A stretch of DNA of 64,000 bases from Deferribacterales bacterium (GCA_050251945.1 JBFWLW010000002.1:64001-128000), one strand, 5' to 3'; numbered from the stretch's first letter, positions 42,819 to 57,644 are shown. Numbers and translations: made by a program. The notes: a model not told the origin generated them from the letters alone.

Positions 42819-45227
42819 ATGTTGAAGCGATTCTTATTTGTTTTATTGTTCGCTCTCACCTGTGCTTTTATGCTTGCAGGATGCGGACAGGATGGTTCTG
42901 ACGGTGCTGACGGCACGAGCGCAGACACTGCAGCTATAATAGCGGAACTGCAGCAGCAGCTTGCAGACGGAACAATCACTATTGCCGAATACGAGGCCGC
43001 AATAGCTGAACTGCAGGCTGCGATTGAAGCAGCAGGAAAAATTTCATCTGTTGAATCCTGCGATACATGCCACGCAGAAGGCTCAGTTTATGAGCCCGGT
43101 CATAGCGGAAAACTGGCATCTTCCGGAACTCTTGTCGATTATACTAACGATTGGACAACCACTCTTGACAGTGTCACGATGGATGGTACAGCAAACACGG
43201 CTACAATTCTGTTCACTGTTACCAGCACAGGCGATGCTTTTTCAACCTCTGGTATAGGTGTTCTTCTTAACGTCTACGACTCAACTACAAATAGATGGTC
43301 GCAAATTGCTGATGCAGCAGGCGCCAGCGGAACAAGTACAACAATTACTGCAACAGGAACTGAAAACCAGTATCAGGCAGTAGTTACAGATACTGACATA
43401 ACAACAACCAGTGTTGCTGACGACACATTTATGATCCGTATTGCATATGCAAGCGGGGAAAATTCTTTTGCAATTGTCAGAATAGTGAAAAACAGTACTA
43501 TTTACGCAATGGATTCTGATGAAAACCCGAGAAACCTGTATAGCGATAACAGTTCAGACCCCAGCTGTGCAAAATGCCACGGCAAAGGCGAGTTTGAATT
43601 TGTTTCAGGTTCTCATGCTCACAATCCTTACACTATGCCCTATGTGACAGTTGACGGCGATGCTTGTCAGATATGCCACATCGGCGCAAGCACAACTGCT
43701 AAAAACCCCACAACTTTTGCAAGTAACTTCAAATCTGCGCTTGTTACCAAGATACACGGTATTCACGCGGCAGACGGAGCATACAGCTATACAAGCAGCT
43801 ATGAAGTTGATGCACCCAGCAATATGTCAGACTGCTCAGTATGCCACACAACTGACACTCAGCTTGCAAACGCTGTAGATAATACTAACTTCACATTTGA
43901 TCTCTGCGCCACATGCCACGGAGACAGTGTTTGGGACAGCGACCCTATAGTTGACGCATTTGATGCAGGAACACTTCCCAGTTTCCATAAAAACTATACA
44001 AGTGCAACCGATTGCCAGACAAGCTGCCACGACGGCGCGTCAGGTGCCGCAGCTACGGTCACACTTGAAACTATCCACTCAGAAAACACTCATAATATGG
44101 AAGTTTCACTGGGTAAAGATATTGCATATGTCATCGACTCTGTAAGCGTTTCCGGCAGCACCGGTACTATAAAATGGCAGGCGACTAAGTCAGGAGTTGC
44201 TCAGAATGTTCTCAGCACTTCGACTTCTGCGCCGGTTTTCAACAACATCAATTCCGAAAGCAGAGGCGGTAAATCTTACACTCCCGTATTCCGCTTCGGT
44301 TTTTACACCGGTGATGATATTACCAATCAGGGTAACTCAACTCAGGGCGGGCAGCCTACCCTGTCTGTAGCTATAAATGCGACAACAACTGTTGCGAGCT
44401 CAGATACCGGCTACTATGAAACAACCTTTACAATTCCGTCTACAGTGACCGCAGAAAACGGGGTTGTGATTCTTGAAGGCGTTCCTGTAGTTTGGGCGAC
44501 TGTAAACAACACCAGCACAGCATTTCTTGCTATAGTGGATTCTGTTTCTAAAAACTTCAAAGTCTCCGACGGCTCTGATATAGATGCACGTCGTGAGGTT
44601 GTTGATATGGAACTTTGCAAAAGCTGTCACACCGACATTCTCGGTCACGGGCACAGCAGGGTCAACAGCATAGAAACATGCGTACTCTGCCACAACCCTA
44701 ACGCCACTGATGCCTCGCCAAGAACTTCACTTGCCGCTCTTGGCTATGACACATCTGCAGACGGAAAAACCCAGCAGTCTTACGACTTGAAAGTCATGAT
44801 CCACAACATCCACTCAACGACTTTCACTGGCACTCCTTACTTTGTATACCGTTCAAGAGGCATTTACGCATTCTATAACGGAGATGATTCCACGCTGCCT
44901 TCTGATTTCGGCACAACCGGAGACGGAAGCACTAGCTGGAATAAGGTTAAGATACAATATCCCAGATCAATTGCATCATGTGACGCATGCCACATTAATG
45001 ACAGTCAGTTCGGCGCTGATCAGTCAAAGGCAATTCCTGTGACTGTTGATCAGGGCGATGATCTGACAACTCATGATGATGACACGGTTATCGGACCCAA
45101 TGCTGCAGCTTGTACAAGCTGTCACAAAGGAAGTATTTCGGATACCGTATCGACAACATCTCACACCAGAACTTTCGGGTATTACGTTAAGATGATTAAG
45201 GAAGAAATACTCGCTCTTATAAGCTGA
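42819..45227 (+). CDS. Decaheme c-type cytochrome lipoprotein, MtrC/OmcA-like (9 CxxCH + 1 CxxxCH)
   Basis: Lipobox LAGC (Cys22), GQDGSDGADG linker, heme motifs counted by eye, RREVVD..CKSCH and MIHNIH motifs typical of the OmcA/MtrC family. Confidence 0.88.
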   Translation: MLKRFLFVLLFALTCAFMLAGCGQDGSDGADGTSADTAAIIAELQQQLADGTITIAEYEAAIAELQAAIEAAGKISSVESCDTCHAEGSVYEPGHSGKLASSGTLVDYTNDWTTTLDSVTMDGTANTATILFTVTSTGDAFSTSGIGVLLNVYDSTTNRWSQIADAAGASGTSTTITATGTENQYQAVVTDTDITTTSVADDTFMIRIAYASGENSFAIVRIVKNSTIYAMDSDENPRNLYSDNSSDPSCAKCHGKGEFEFVSGSHAHNPYTMPYVTVDGDACQICHIGASTTAKNPTTFASNFKSALVTKIHGIHAADGAYSYTSSYEVDAPSNMSDCSVCHTTDTQLANAVDNTNFTFDLCATCHGDSVWDSDPIVDAFDAGTLPSFHKNYTSATDCQTSCHDGASGAAATVTLETIHSENTHNMEVSLGKDIAYVIDSVSVSGSTGTIKWQATKSGVAQNVLSTSTSAPVFNNINSESRGGKSYTPVFRFGFYTGDDITNQGNSTQGGQPTLSVAINATTTVASSDTGYYETTFTIPSTVTAENGVVILEGVPVVWATVNNTSTAFLAIVDSVSKNFKVSDGSDIDARREVVDMELCKSCHTDILGHGHSRVNSIETCVLCHNPNATDASPRTSLAALGYDTSADGKTQQSYDLKVMIHNIHSTTFTGTPYFVYRSRGIYAFYNGDDSTLPSDFGTTGDGSTSWNKVKIQYPRSIASCDACHINDSQFGADQSKAIPVTVDQGDDLTTHDDDTVIGPNAAACTSCHKGSISDTVSTTSHTRTFGYYVKMIKEEILALIS

Positions 45228-45272
45228 TATTTCGGATTTGATAATCACACACGGGGCGCTTTACGGCGCCCC

Positions 45273-45412
45273 CAGGTTGTTGACAAACTACAGATTCATA
45301 CAAACCCATTAGACTGCTTCGGGCTAAAGCCCTCGCAGAGACAGGTTTTTCTTTCCGTCTTTGCGAGCGAAGCGAAGCAATCTAGTCTTTTCTCCTCTTT
45401 GTCATCAGTCTG
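45273..45412. mobile_element. 140-bp MITE-like element with 15-bp imperfect TIRs and 20-bp target duplication
   Basis: CAGGTTGTTGACAAA...TTTGTCATCAGTCTG (12/15 complementary), flanked by identical GGGGCGCTTTACGGCGCCCC at 45253-45272 and 45413-45432. Confidence 0.7.
45310..45384. repeat. REP-like palindromic element, copy B (inside the MITE)
   Basis: TAGACTGCTTCG..CTCGCAGAGAC-spacer-GTCTTTGCGAG..CGAAGCAATCTA. Confidence 0.75.
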
Positions 45413-45438
45413 GGGGCGCTTTACGGCGCCCCTTTTTT
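45413..45438 (+). terminator. Intrinsic terminator of cytochrome gene 1
   Basis: GGGGCGC-TTTACG-GCGCCCC followed by TTTTTT. Confidence 0.85.
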
Positions 45439-45586
45439 ATATGAAATTAACAGAAGAGCAAACAGGTCCTATAGGTAAGCTGAGAAAAGCGAAAAACAGA
45501 AACTGCAAATTCGGTTTATAACTTCCTGATAATGCTTTTTTACCGAAAGATACGAAATATAAATCTATTGAACGTATGCAGCAATT

Positions 45587-45623
45587 TGCCAAATACGGCA
45601 GTATTAATCACCAAATATGGTGA
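45587..45623. promoter_or_regulatory. Tandem palindromic enhancer-like (UAS) sites, copy 2
   Basis: TGCCAAATACGGCA and TCACCAAATATGGTGA, centres 22 bp apart, same distance to -24 as copy 1. Confidence 0.65.
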
Positions 45624-45673
45624 AAACAACTCTGTTTAAAATTTTTCATTAATAATATCAATAATATACTATC

Positions 45674-45689
45674 AGGCACATCTATTGCT
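45674..45689 (+). promoter_or_regulatory. sigma54 -24/-12 promoter of cytochrome gene 2
   Basis: AGGCAC-ATCTA-TTGCT, aligned with the copy 1 promoter. Confidence 0.8.
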
Positions 45690-45772
45690 CTATGTTCGAG
45701 AATATATCTGATTAAAACGATTAAGTGCGTGGTAAGAAAAAATAATATTTAAAACCCCTCAACTGAAAGTTT

Positions 45773-45868
45773 GCACGGGAAGCCGGAGATGCAAAAGCCG
45801 TTAGCCTCCAAATTATCGGTTTTAACATCTTATTCTCACTTTCACACAAAAGTGATGGCTTCCGGTGC
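45773..45868 (+). ncRNA. Candidate structured cis-regulatory leader RNA, copy 2
   Basis: Same 96-nt three-stem fold; anti-SD loop 45801-45809; followed by TTTTTT. Confidence 0.6.
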
Positions 45869-46007
45869 TTTTTTGAAACTCTATCAAGTATTTTTCCATA
45901 TGGCAACAAACTCTTGCCAATGATGAGACCGCAGGAAATTTTCAGGAGGCTAATTTATTGATCCTGTGCGTTTTTCACAAGCAGAGTTATATATAGGAGG
46001 CTAATTT

Positions 46008-48266
46008 ATGTTGAAGCGATTCTTATTTGTTTTATTGTTCGCTTTCACCTGTGCTTTTGTGCTTACAGGATGCGGACAGGATGGTTCTGACGGTGCTGAC
46101 GGCACAAGCGCAGATACTGAGGCTATAATAGCTGAACTGCAAGCGCAGCTTGCTAGCGGTGAAATCACTATCCAGGAATATGAAGATGCCATAGCGGATC
46201 TCCAATCTCAACTCAACTCTTCAAAAATTTCTCAGGTTGAATCCTGCTCCGTGTGCCACGATTCATCTGATATACATGAAGTTTCTGTGGGTCTTTACCA
46301 AGCAGCAAGTGTTTCTCTTACAATTAACTCGGCCACGCAAGCCACTTTAACGTTTAAGGCTGCTAAAGACGGTGTAAATAGGACTGACACAATCGGGCTT
46401 AGGCATGGATCTTTGTATTTCTATGACTCCGCCAACAGCGGATACAACAGATACGGTATAGATTCTTATGTTACAACTACCGGACCTGATTCAGACGGAA
46501 CTTACACATCCGTGATAGACATATCCGCAGATACAACACTCACAAGCAAGATTGATCTCACGAGTACTGATGTCAGGTATTGGCTTTCATACGGCAACAG
46601 CGGCGCAACCAATACAAACAATTTTGAAGTTGTTGAAGACTATCCTGAATCTCCTAACCCTTCAATAACAGATGCAAGCTGTCTCGGTTGCCACTCTGAT
46701 TTTATCTGGCAATACGGTACAAACAAAGCGACAAATTCGTATCACCACGGATCAACACCGCAAGGTGCCGAATCATGCATAGTTTGTCATTCCAGATATG
46801 ACAGCAACAGCGGCACAACTTTTATGCAATACGTACACGGCATACATAGCTCCGGCGAAGGTACAAATGGATATAAAACAATCAACTCCAAGCAGTTTAG
46901 TGTTCACTATCCTCAATCGCTTGCAAACTGTGTGACTTGTCATAATTCCGATGAAAGTCTTGAAGACGCTACGGCTGACTCGCAGTTTACTTACACTGTA
47001 TGTATGACATGTCATGAAAGCTGGGATTCTTTCGATAACCTGCCTTCTGCGATTGATCACACAGGATATACATCAGCTACAACCTGTACCACATGCCACA
47101 GCACAAGTGCAGCTATTGCACCTACTTTTGCAGAACTTCACACAGGTGTTGAAAAAGCAAGAACCTACAATATAGTTTATTTCACTCCCGAAATAACTGT
47201 TGATACTACAAACAGCAAGATATCTGTTGTTTGGGGTGCATTTGAAGATGCTGACGGTGATGGCGTATATACTTCAGGTACAGACACAGTACTCGATGTA
47301 ACCCAGACATCCGATTCCGCAGCACCGATATTTATGCAAAGCTATACAGACAGAGTTGTCGACGGTATTGCAAAATCTGAAGGTGTAAGAATACTTGTCG
47401 GTTACTACGGATTTGGAACAGATGATGTTGTAGCTTACAGCAGCTATGCTAAATCTGCTCTTACGACAACCGATTCAGCAACATCAGGTTACACTACCTA
47501 CAGCTCTTCAACAGGCAAAGCGACAACCACTATAGCTCTCAGCACGTCTAATATCAGTAGTTATGAGTCTACAAAAGGTATCGTAGGTATCATCGGTATT
47601 CCGTGGGTTAACGGTGAAAACGCATACGTTACAAGCGTTACGAAAGAGTTCAATATGGACGGAACAGCTGTTACTGCACGTACAGCTGTCATTAATAATG
47701 ACAATTGCGACGCATGTCACACAAGCGTAGCTCCCGCAGGCGCCAACGGTATCGCAATCCACCTGAATGAAGACTCTTCAGGCGCACACGGACACACTGC
47801 TATCGGCAGCGTTGATGCCTGTAGAATTTGCCACAACTCAAGCTCTGCAGCAGGTCACTATGCACAGCAGTCAAGGTCAATCGACTCTTACCTTCACGCT
47901 ATCCACGCTGAACAGCCTACACTTGCATCATATGACTCACTGACAATCAAATATCCTAACTATATTAAAGATTGCTCAGTATGCCACGATGACGGTACAT
48001 ACGAAGCACCTGATCAGACTAAAGCAGTTGGTGGTGTTGTTAGCGGAAGTGAACAGTCTGACGGGACTCTTTTGTCTTCCGATCAGGTTGTTACCGGTCC
48101 TGGTGCAGTTGCCTGTGGCTCATGTCACAAAGCACTCGCCATTGCTGACGATGACTCCGCGACTGTAACTTCTATCAATGCACATACAGGTTCTTTCGGA
48201 TACAGAGTATCTGTTTCCTCTATGCCTTATCTGGAAGTACTTCAGGCTGTTTTTGCCTTGTTTTAA
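46008..48266 (+). CDS. Decaheme c-type cytochrome lipoprotein, MtrC/OmcA-like (10 CxxCH)
   Basis: Lipobox LTGC (Cys22), ten CxxCH counted by eye, VHGIH / LHAIH and YP...CxxCH motifs. Confidence 0.88.
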   Translation: MLKRFLFVLLFAFTCAFVLTGCGQDGSDGADGTSADTEAIIAELQAQLASGEITIQEYEDAIADLQSQLNSSKISQVESCSVCHDSSDIHEVSVGLYQAASVSLTINSATQATLTFKAAKDGVNRTDTIGLRHGSLYFYDSANSGYNRYGIDSYVTTTGPDSDGTYTSVIDISADTTLTSKIDLTSTDVRYWLSYGNSGATNTNNFEVVEDYPESPNPSITDASCLGCHSDFIWQYGTNKATNSYHHGSTPQGAESCIVCHSRYDSNSGTTFMQYVHGIHSSGEGTNGYKTINSKQFSVHYPQSLANCVTCHNSDESLEDATADSQFTYTVCMTCHESWDSFDNLPSAIDHTGYTSATTCTTCHSTSAAIAPTFAELHTGVEKARTYNIVYFTPEITVDTTNSKISVVWGAFEDADGDGVYTSGTDTVLDVTQTSDSAAPIFMQSYTDRVVDGIAKSEGVRILVGYYGFGTDDVVAYSSYAKSALTTTDSATSGYTTYSSSTGKATTTIALSTSNISSYESTKGIVGIIGIPWVNGENAYVTSVTKEFNMDGTAVTARTAVINNDNCDACHTSVAPAGANGIAIHLNEDSSGAHGHTAIGSVDACRICHNSSSAAGHYAQQSRSIDSYLHAIHAEQPTLASYDSLTIKYPNYIKDCSVCHDDGTYEAPDQTKAVGGVVSGSEQSDGTLLSSDQVVTGPGAVACGSCHKALAIADDDSATVTSINAHTGSFGYRVSVSSMPYLEVLQAVFALF

Positions 48267-48286
48267 GCAATAATAACCTGGCATAT

Positions 48287-48312
48287 AAGGGGCTTTCTGA
48301 GCCCCTTTTTTT
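48287..48312 (+). terminator. Intrinsic terminator of cytochrome gene 2
   Basis: AAGGGGCT-TTCTG-AGCCCCTTTTTTT. Confidence 0.85.
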
Positions 48313-48444
48313 ATCTTTCCAATAGTATATTTCACACCTGATTCAAAACTATTGAACTCAATAAACTATTAATGATAAATCAGATTAACAAAATATGAGA
48401 TTGTCCTGAGAATTTTATGAATCCACAAAAGAGCTTTGACCTCG

Positions 48445-48473
48445 AAAAAAAAGGGCGGTCTGAAACCGCCCTT
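48445..48473 (-). terminator. Intrinsic terminator after rpoC
   Basis: Minus strand AAGGGCGGT-TTCAG-ACCGCCCTTTTTTTT. Confidence 0.88.
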
Positions 48474-48482
48474 ATCGTGTGA

Positions 48483-52547
<4,065 letters not shown>

Positions 52548-52550
52548 ATG

Positions 52551-55500
52551 TTATGAGTCCTCCGTAGTGTCTTCTTCTTTTACAGCATCCTCTGGAAGTT
52601 CGATTACACCGTCTTCGTTGGATGTCAGCAGTTCTATGTCAAGTGCCAGACCCTGAAGTTCTTTGATAAGAACGTTAAAGGATTCCGGCATGCTCGGGCT
52701 GAATGAGAAGTTTCCGTTAACGATGGCTTCGTATACTGTCGTACGTCCCTCAACGTCATCGGATTTGACTGTAAGCATTTCCTGAAGGATATGCGCGGCA
52801 CCGTATGCCTCAAGCGCCCAAACCTCCATCTCTCCAAGTCTCTGTCCGCCGAACTGAGCTTTACCGCCCAGAGGCTGCTGAGTAACCAGAGAGTAGGGAC
52901 CTGTTGAACGTGCATGGAGCTTCGTATCAACAAGGTGGTGCAGCTTAAGGAAGTACATAATACCTACGGTAACTTCCTGCTCGAATTTCTCACCTGTTCT
53001 GCCGTCGTAAAGATTGGTCTGACCGTCGGTCTGGAAACCCGCCTCTGTCAGCATCTCTTTGATATCCTGTTCGCGTGCGCCGTCGAAAACTTCGGTCGCA
53101 ACCTTAATACCGAGCGCGCGTGCAGCCCAGCCAAGGTGAACCTCAAGAATCTGACCGACGTTCATACGCGAAGGAACCGACAGGGGGTTCAGAACGATGT
53201 CAACCGGTGTTCCGTCGGGCAGGTAGGGCATGTCCTGGATAGGAAGGATTCGTGAAACGACACCCTTGTTACCGTGACGACCAGCCATTTTGTCACCGAC
53301 AGACAGTTTTCTTTTGATAGCAACATATACTTTTACGGATTTCAGAACGCCTGCCGGAAGTTCGTCGCCCTTCTCAACTTTGCGTTTCTTATCCTTATAA
53401 TAATCGTCCGACTCTTTTACCTTCTCGAAGTAGATGGCGTTTATCTTCTTAACTTTTGCGTCAAGATCTCTTGCCTCTGCAACGTCGAGCTGGATAAGAT
53501 CCGTATAGGGAAGTCTGCAAAGAACTTCCTCCGACAGAACCGTGCCGGACGGAATGCTTGCTGTTGGCGAAGAGTATTCGCTTTTCAGCGCAAGCCCGAT
53601 GAAGAGTTCCGCAATCTTTTCGTTCCTTGATTTCTCAAGAGCCTTCAGTTCACGTTCGTAATCCTTCTGGATAGTGATGTACTCTTCTTTCTCAATCTGC
53701 TCTGTTCTGTAGTCTTTGTCTATGCCCCTTCTTGTCATCACCTGTACGTCAACAACAGTACCGTAGATGCTCGGGGGAACTCTGAGCGATGCGTCTTTAA
53801 CGTCGCCCGCTTTTTCACCGAAAATTGCGCGAAGGAGTTTCTCTTCGGGTGTCGCCTGAGTTTCACCTTTGGGAGTAACCTTACCCACGAGGATATCGCG
53901 GGGTTTAACCCTTGCGCCGATGCGGATGATACCTGATTCGTCAAGATCTTTCAGAGCCTCGTCGGATACGTTGGGAATATCAGCGGTTATCTCTTCAGGT
54001 CCCAGCTTGGTATCTCTCGCCTCAATTTCGAACTCCTCGATGTGGATAGACGTGTATCTGTCCTCACGAACAACCCTTTCGGATATAAGAATGGAGTCCT
54101 CATAGTTGTAACCCATCCAGGGCATGAACGCGAGAACCATGTTCTGACCGAGAGCCAGTTCACCGTTATCGGTTGCGGGTCCGCCTGCAAGGAAAGACCC
54201 CACATGAACTCTTTCCCCGGGTTTTACGATGGGTTTAAAGTTGATGCATGTATCCTGATTGGATCTTCTGTATTTAACAAGTTCATATACATCCAGACCG
54301 AAGTCCTCGCCATCTGTGTAGCGGATGCATATTTTTGATGAATCAATGTATTCAACAACGCCTGCTCTCTTGGCGGTAATGACCGCACCGGAGTCAACGG
54401 CAACTTTCTGCTCCAGACCTGTACCCACGATAGGGGAGTCGGTACGGATAAGCGGAACAGCCTGACGCTGCATGTTTGAACCCATAAGTGCACGGTTCGC
54501 ATCATCGTGCTCAAGGAACGGGATAAGTGCTGCGGACACTGAAACGATCTGCTTGGGTGAGATATCCATGAACTGAATAGTCTCTTTGGGAGTAAGCAGA
54601 GGTTCGCCAAGGTGCCTTGCAGCAGCGAAATCTTTTACAAACGAACCGTCCTCATTAAGAGGCGCGTTCGCCTGTGCGATGTAGTAATCCTCTTCCTCAA
54701 TAGCCGACATGTAAACAACCTGATCTGTAACGACGCAGTTGTTGACCTTTCTGTAAGGAGTTTCGATGAAACCGAACTCGTTAACTTTCGCATAGGTCGT
54801 CAGCGATGTGATAAGACCGATGTTGGGACCTTCAGGTGTCTCAATGGGGCAGATACGTCCGTAGTGAGACGTGTGAACGTCACGAACCTCAAAGCCAGCC
54901 CTGTCTCGGTTAAGACCGCCGGGACCGAGTGCGGAGAGTCTTCTTTTGTGAGTGATCTCGCTCAGGGGGTTTGTCTGATCCATGAACTGGGAAAGCTGAT
55001 AGCTTCCGAAGAACTCTTTAATGGATGCAGACAGAGGTTTGGCGTTCAGAAGATCCTGAGGTGTCAGGTCTTCAACATCCTGAATACTCATCCTTTCCTT
55101 AACAGTCTTTTCCATTCTGGAAAGACCGATACGGATGTGGTTCTGGAGCTGTTCGCCTGCCGCTCTTACACGTCTGTGACCAAGGTGGTCGATGTCGTCC
55201 ACACGGTCAAGACCTTTACGGATGTTTTCCAGAACGCGGATTGTCTCAACTATATCTTCTTTAGTAAGCGTAGTCGTATCAAGGTTAACGGAGAGACCAA
55301 GTCTCTTGTTGATCTTGAGCCTGCCCACTTTCGACAGGTCATATCTCTTCGGATTGAAGAACAGGTTGTCGAAAAGAGTTCTGGCGGTGTCCTCTGTCGC
55401 GGGTTCGCCGGGACGGAGTTTTTTGTATATGTCGATAAGCGCTTCTTCCTGAGTTTTCACTTTGTCAGCAGCGAGGATATCCCTCATAACGCTGTCGGCG

Positions 55501-56546
55501 GTGAGCCTGTCTATGAAAAGCACTTTAAAGTTCTGTACGTTAGCTTCCTTGATCTTGTCGAAAAGCTCAAGCGAAACCTGAGTGTTGGCTTCGATAAGAA
55601 CTTCGCCGAAGCTGTCAAACACATCTTCCGCAAAGAAAGTATGTTCGATATCTTCAAAAGTTATAGGCAGTTTTGAAATGCCGGCTTTCGAGATACGCTT
55701 TCTGGAAGCTTTAGTTATCTTGTGCCCCGCTTTGACGATAACGTTGCCCTCTTCATCAAGGATATCCAGACTGTTGCGCAGTCCGAGAATGATATCCTCG
55801 TTGAATTCCTTGAACATGTTCTCGCCTTCAAAGAATATGTTTTCTTTGGTGTAGTACATGTTAAGGACATCATGTTCGGTGTATCCCAGTGCTTTCAGAA
55901 GAACTGTCGACGGGATCTTACGTTTTTTGTCAATGCGGACGTACATGATATTCTTCGAGTCGAAGTCGAAATCTATCCATGAACCCCTGTAAGGGATTAT
56001 TCTCGCGCTGAAAAGGTGTTTCTCGATAACGCCTTTGGAAGACGTAAGGTCTTCAAAGAAGATACCGGGAGAACGGTGGAGCTGATTTACGATAACCCTT
56101 TCCACTCCGTTGATAACAAAAGTACCGCGGTCTGTCATAAGAGGAATATCGCAAAGATAGACCTCCGATTCCTTGGCAGAAACAACTGATTTCTCACCTG
56201 TTTCCTCGTTGACATCATAAGTTACCAGCCTGACTTTGATTTTCAGCGGGGCAGCATATGTTGTACTTCTGTCAATTGCCTCAGAGGGTGTGTATTTCTG
56301 CTTCTCTATTGTATAGCTGATATACTCCAGCACGGCGGTCTCGTTAAAGTCCGTGATGGGGAATATCTCTCTGAAGACCTCTTCCAGTCCTTTATGTTTA
56401 CGGCTATCGGGCTGAGCTTCGGCCTGCAGAAACTCTACATATGAGTCTCTCTGCACCTCAATGAGATCCGGTATATCAATAACCTTATTGATTCGGGAAA
56501 AGTTGCGTCTCTCGGTGGGTTTGCTGGTCAAATTCATTCGTTTCAC
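52551..56546 (-). CDS. rpoB: RNA polymerase beta subunit
   Basis: [36 protein letters not shown]; start may be ATG 56537. Confidence 0.99.
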   Translation of the reverse strand: MKRMNLTSKPTERRNFSRINKVIDIPDLIEVQRDSYVEFLQAEAQPDSRKHKGLEEVFREIFPITDFNETAVLEYISYTIEKQKYTPSEAIDRSTTYAAPLKIKVRLVTYDVNEETGEKSVVSAKESEVYLCDIPLMTDRGTFVINGVERVIVNQLHRSPGIFFEDLTSSKGVIEKHLFSARIIPYRGSWIDFDFDSKNIMYVRIDKKRKIPSTVLLKALGYTEHDVLNMYYTKENIFFEGENMFKEFNEDIILGLRNSLDILDEEGNVIVKAGHKITKASRKRISKAGISKLPITFEDIEHTFFAEDVFDSFGEVLIEANTQVSLELFDKIKEANVQNFKVLFIDRLTADSVMRDILAADKVKTQEEALIDIYKKLRPGEPATEDTARTLFDNLFFNPKRYDLSKVGRLKINKRLGLSVNLDTTTLTKEDIVETIRVLENIRKGLDRVDDIDHLGHRRVRAAGEQLQNHIRIGLSRMEKTVKERMSIQDVEDLTPQDLLNAKPLSASIKEFFGSYQLSQFMDQTNPLSEITHKRRLSALGPGGLNRDRAGFEVRDVHTSHYGRICPIETPEGPNIGLITSLTTYAKVNEFGFIETPYRKVNNCVVTDQVVYMSAIEEEDYYIAQANAPLNEDGSFVKDFAAARHLGEPLLTPKETIQFMDISPKQIVSVSAALIPFLEHDDANRALMGSNMQRQAVPLIRTDSPIVGTGLEQKVAVDSGAVITAKRAGVVEYIDSSKICIRYTDGEDFGLDVYELVKYRRSNQDTCINFKPIVKPGERVHVGSFLAGGPATDNGELALGQNMVLAFMPWMGYNYEDSILISERVVREDRYTSIHIEEFEIEARDTKLGPEEITADIPNVSDEALKDLDESGIIRIGARVKPRDILVGKVTPKGETQATPEEKLLRAIFGEKAGDVKDASLRVPPSIYGTVVDVQVMTRRGIDKDYRTEQIEKEEYITIQKDYERELKALEKSRNEKIAELFIGLALKSEYSSPTASIPSGTVLSEEVLCRLPYTDLIQLDVAEARDLDAKVKKINAIYFEKVKESDDYYKDKKRKVEKGDELPAGVLKSVKVYVAIKRKLSVGDKMAGRHGNKGVVSRILPIQDMPYLPDGTPVDIVLNPLSVPSRMNVGQILEVHLGWAARALGIKVATEVFDGAREQDIKEMLTEAGFQTDGQTNLYDGRTGEKFEQEVTVGIMYFLKLHHLVDTKLHARSTGPYSLVTQQPLGGKAQFGGQRLGEMEVWALEAYGAAHILQEMLTVKSDDVEGRTTVYEAIVNGNFSFSPSMPESFNVLIKELQGLALDIELLTSNEDGVIELPEDAVKEEDTTEDS

Positions 56547-56566
56547 CTTCCGGTAAATTATTAACG

Positions 56567-56596
56567 AAAGAGGGGGGAGCAGTGCTCCCCCTTTTT
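56567..56596 (-). terminator. Terminator/attenuator hairpin between rplL and rpoB
   Basis: GGGGGAGC-ACT-GCTCCCCC stem with short U-rich tail on the minus strand. Confidence 0.65.
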
Positions 56597-56632
56597 AGGA
56601 TTGCTTGTTTAACAGTAACTTAGAAGAAGTTG

Positions 56633-57010
56633 TTACTTAACTTCTACAGTTGCGCCTGCTTCTTCAAGTTTAGCTTTGATAGAAGCTGCTTCCTCTTTAG
56701 TTACACCCTCTTTAACGGGTTTCGGAGCTTCATCAACAACAGCCTTAGCCTCTTTCAGTCCAAGACCGGTAAGCTCTCTAACAACTTTGATAACCTGAAC
56801 TTTTTTGTCTCCGCCCGCAGTAATTACTACTGTGAACTCTGTTTGCTCTTCAACAGCTTCTGCTGCTGCAGCGGGAGCTGCAACCATAGCTGCTACGGGA
56901 GCTGCGGCAGACACGCCGAATTTTTCTTCGAGCTCTTTTACGAAATCAGCAAGCTCGATAACAGTCATTTTCTCGATAAATTCAATTACTTGATCCTTAG
57001 TTACAGACAT
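56633..57010 (-). CDS. rplL: 50S ribosomal protein L7/L12
   Basis: [19 protein letters not shown]. Confidence 0.98.
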   Translation of the reverse strand: MSVTKDQVIEFIEKMTVIELADFVKELEEKFGVSAAAPVAAMVAAPAAAAEAVEEQTEFTVVITAGGDKKVQVIKVVRELTGLGLKEAKAVVDEAPKPVKEGVTKEEAASIKAKLEEAGATVEVK

Positions 57011-57022
57011 CTGTGTCCTCCA

Positions 57023-57541
57023 TTAATTCTGTTTTTTATCTTTCACAGCGTTCAGAACGTTCAGCAGGCTTCTAGGTATGTTAGCAAGAAGCGAAACGAA
57101 GTTGACGACAGGTGCATTCATAGAACCAAGCATTTTGGCGAGCAGTTCTTCACGGCTCGGCAGGTCTGCCAGACGGTTCACATCATCTGCTGTGAGCCTG
57201 CTACCTTCAAGGTAACCGGCTTTGATATTAAACTTATCATAGGACTTAGCGAATTTCTTGAATTCTTTGGCGACAGCGGCAACGTCGCCTTTTACGATTG
57301 CGCAAGTAGTGGGCTCTTTCAGATATTCATCCAGAGCGGTAATGTCATTGTCGTGAAGGGCAATTTTCAGAAGCGTGTTCTTGACTACTTTGAAATCACT
57401 TCCCTGTGATTTGATAGCCGCGCGGATTGCGGTTATCTGAGGGAAGGTAAGCCCTTTATAGTTTGCCAAGAACAGCGCATCAGCACTTTTAACCTGTTCG
57501 GCAAGTGCATTAACCAATTGTTCTTTATCAGCTCTTTTCAC
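57023..57541 (-). CDS. rplJ: 50S ribosomal protein L10
   Basis: KVVKNTL, LADLPSREELLA. Confidence 0.97.
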   Translation of the reverse strand: MKRADKEQLVNALAEQVKSADALFLANYKGLTFPQITAIRAAIKSQGSDFKVVKNTLLKIALHDNDITALDEYLKEPTTCAIVKGDVAAVAKEFKKFAKSYDKFNIKAGYLEGSRLTADDVNRLADLPSREELLAKMLGSMNAPVVNFVSLLANIPRSLLNVLNAVKDKKQN

Positions 57542-57574
57542 GCTGTTCCTCCGTTTCCGGTTGTCTATTGCAAC

Positions 57575-57632
57575 CGATTTCCGCAGGATTTATCACGCCC
57601 TATTGCAGACGCAACCTGCTTCTTTAACCGAA
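57575..57632 (-). promoter_or_regulatory. Probable L10 leader (autogenous control RNA)
   Basis: rplA-rplJ spacer; minus strand GAAGCAGG...TAAATCCTGCGGA stem resembling L10_leader. Confidence 0.55.
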
Positions 57633-57644
57633 TAATTTCCGTTC

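Noticed and set aside
45253..45432. Mini CRISPR array
   Set aside because: Only two 20-bp repeats 140 bp apart and no cas genes; fits a target-site duplication.
45773..45800. Cobalamin riboswitch, suggested by GGGAAGCCGG
   Set aside because: No B12 box (GCCACTG, AGYCAGRAGACC) or CCCGC-ACTGT elements seen.
45901..45919. Second sigma54 promoter TGGCAACAAACTCTTGC
   Set aside because: GG-to-GC spacing is two bases too long; better explained as a hairpin.
45958..45996. TTG-initiated upstream ORF behind the decoy SD
   Set aside because: Start position, spacing and peptide are not conserved in copy 1.
40630..48444. Prophage or integrative element as the origin of the cytochrome block
   Set aside because: No integrase, transposase, phage genes or flanking att-like repeats seen.
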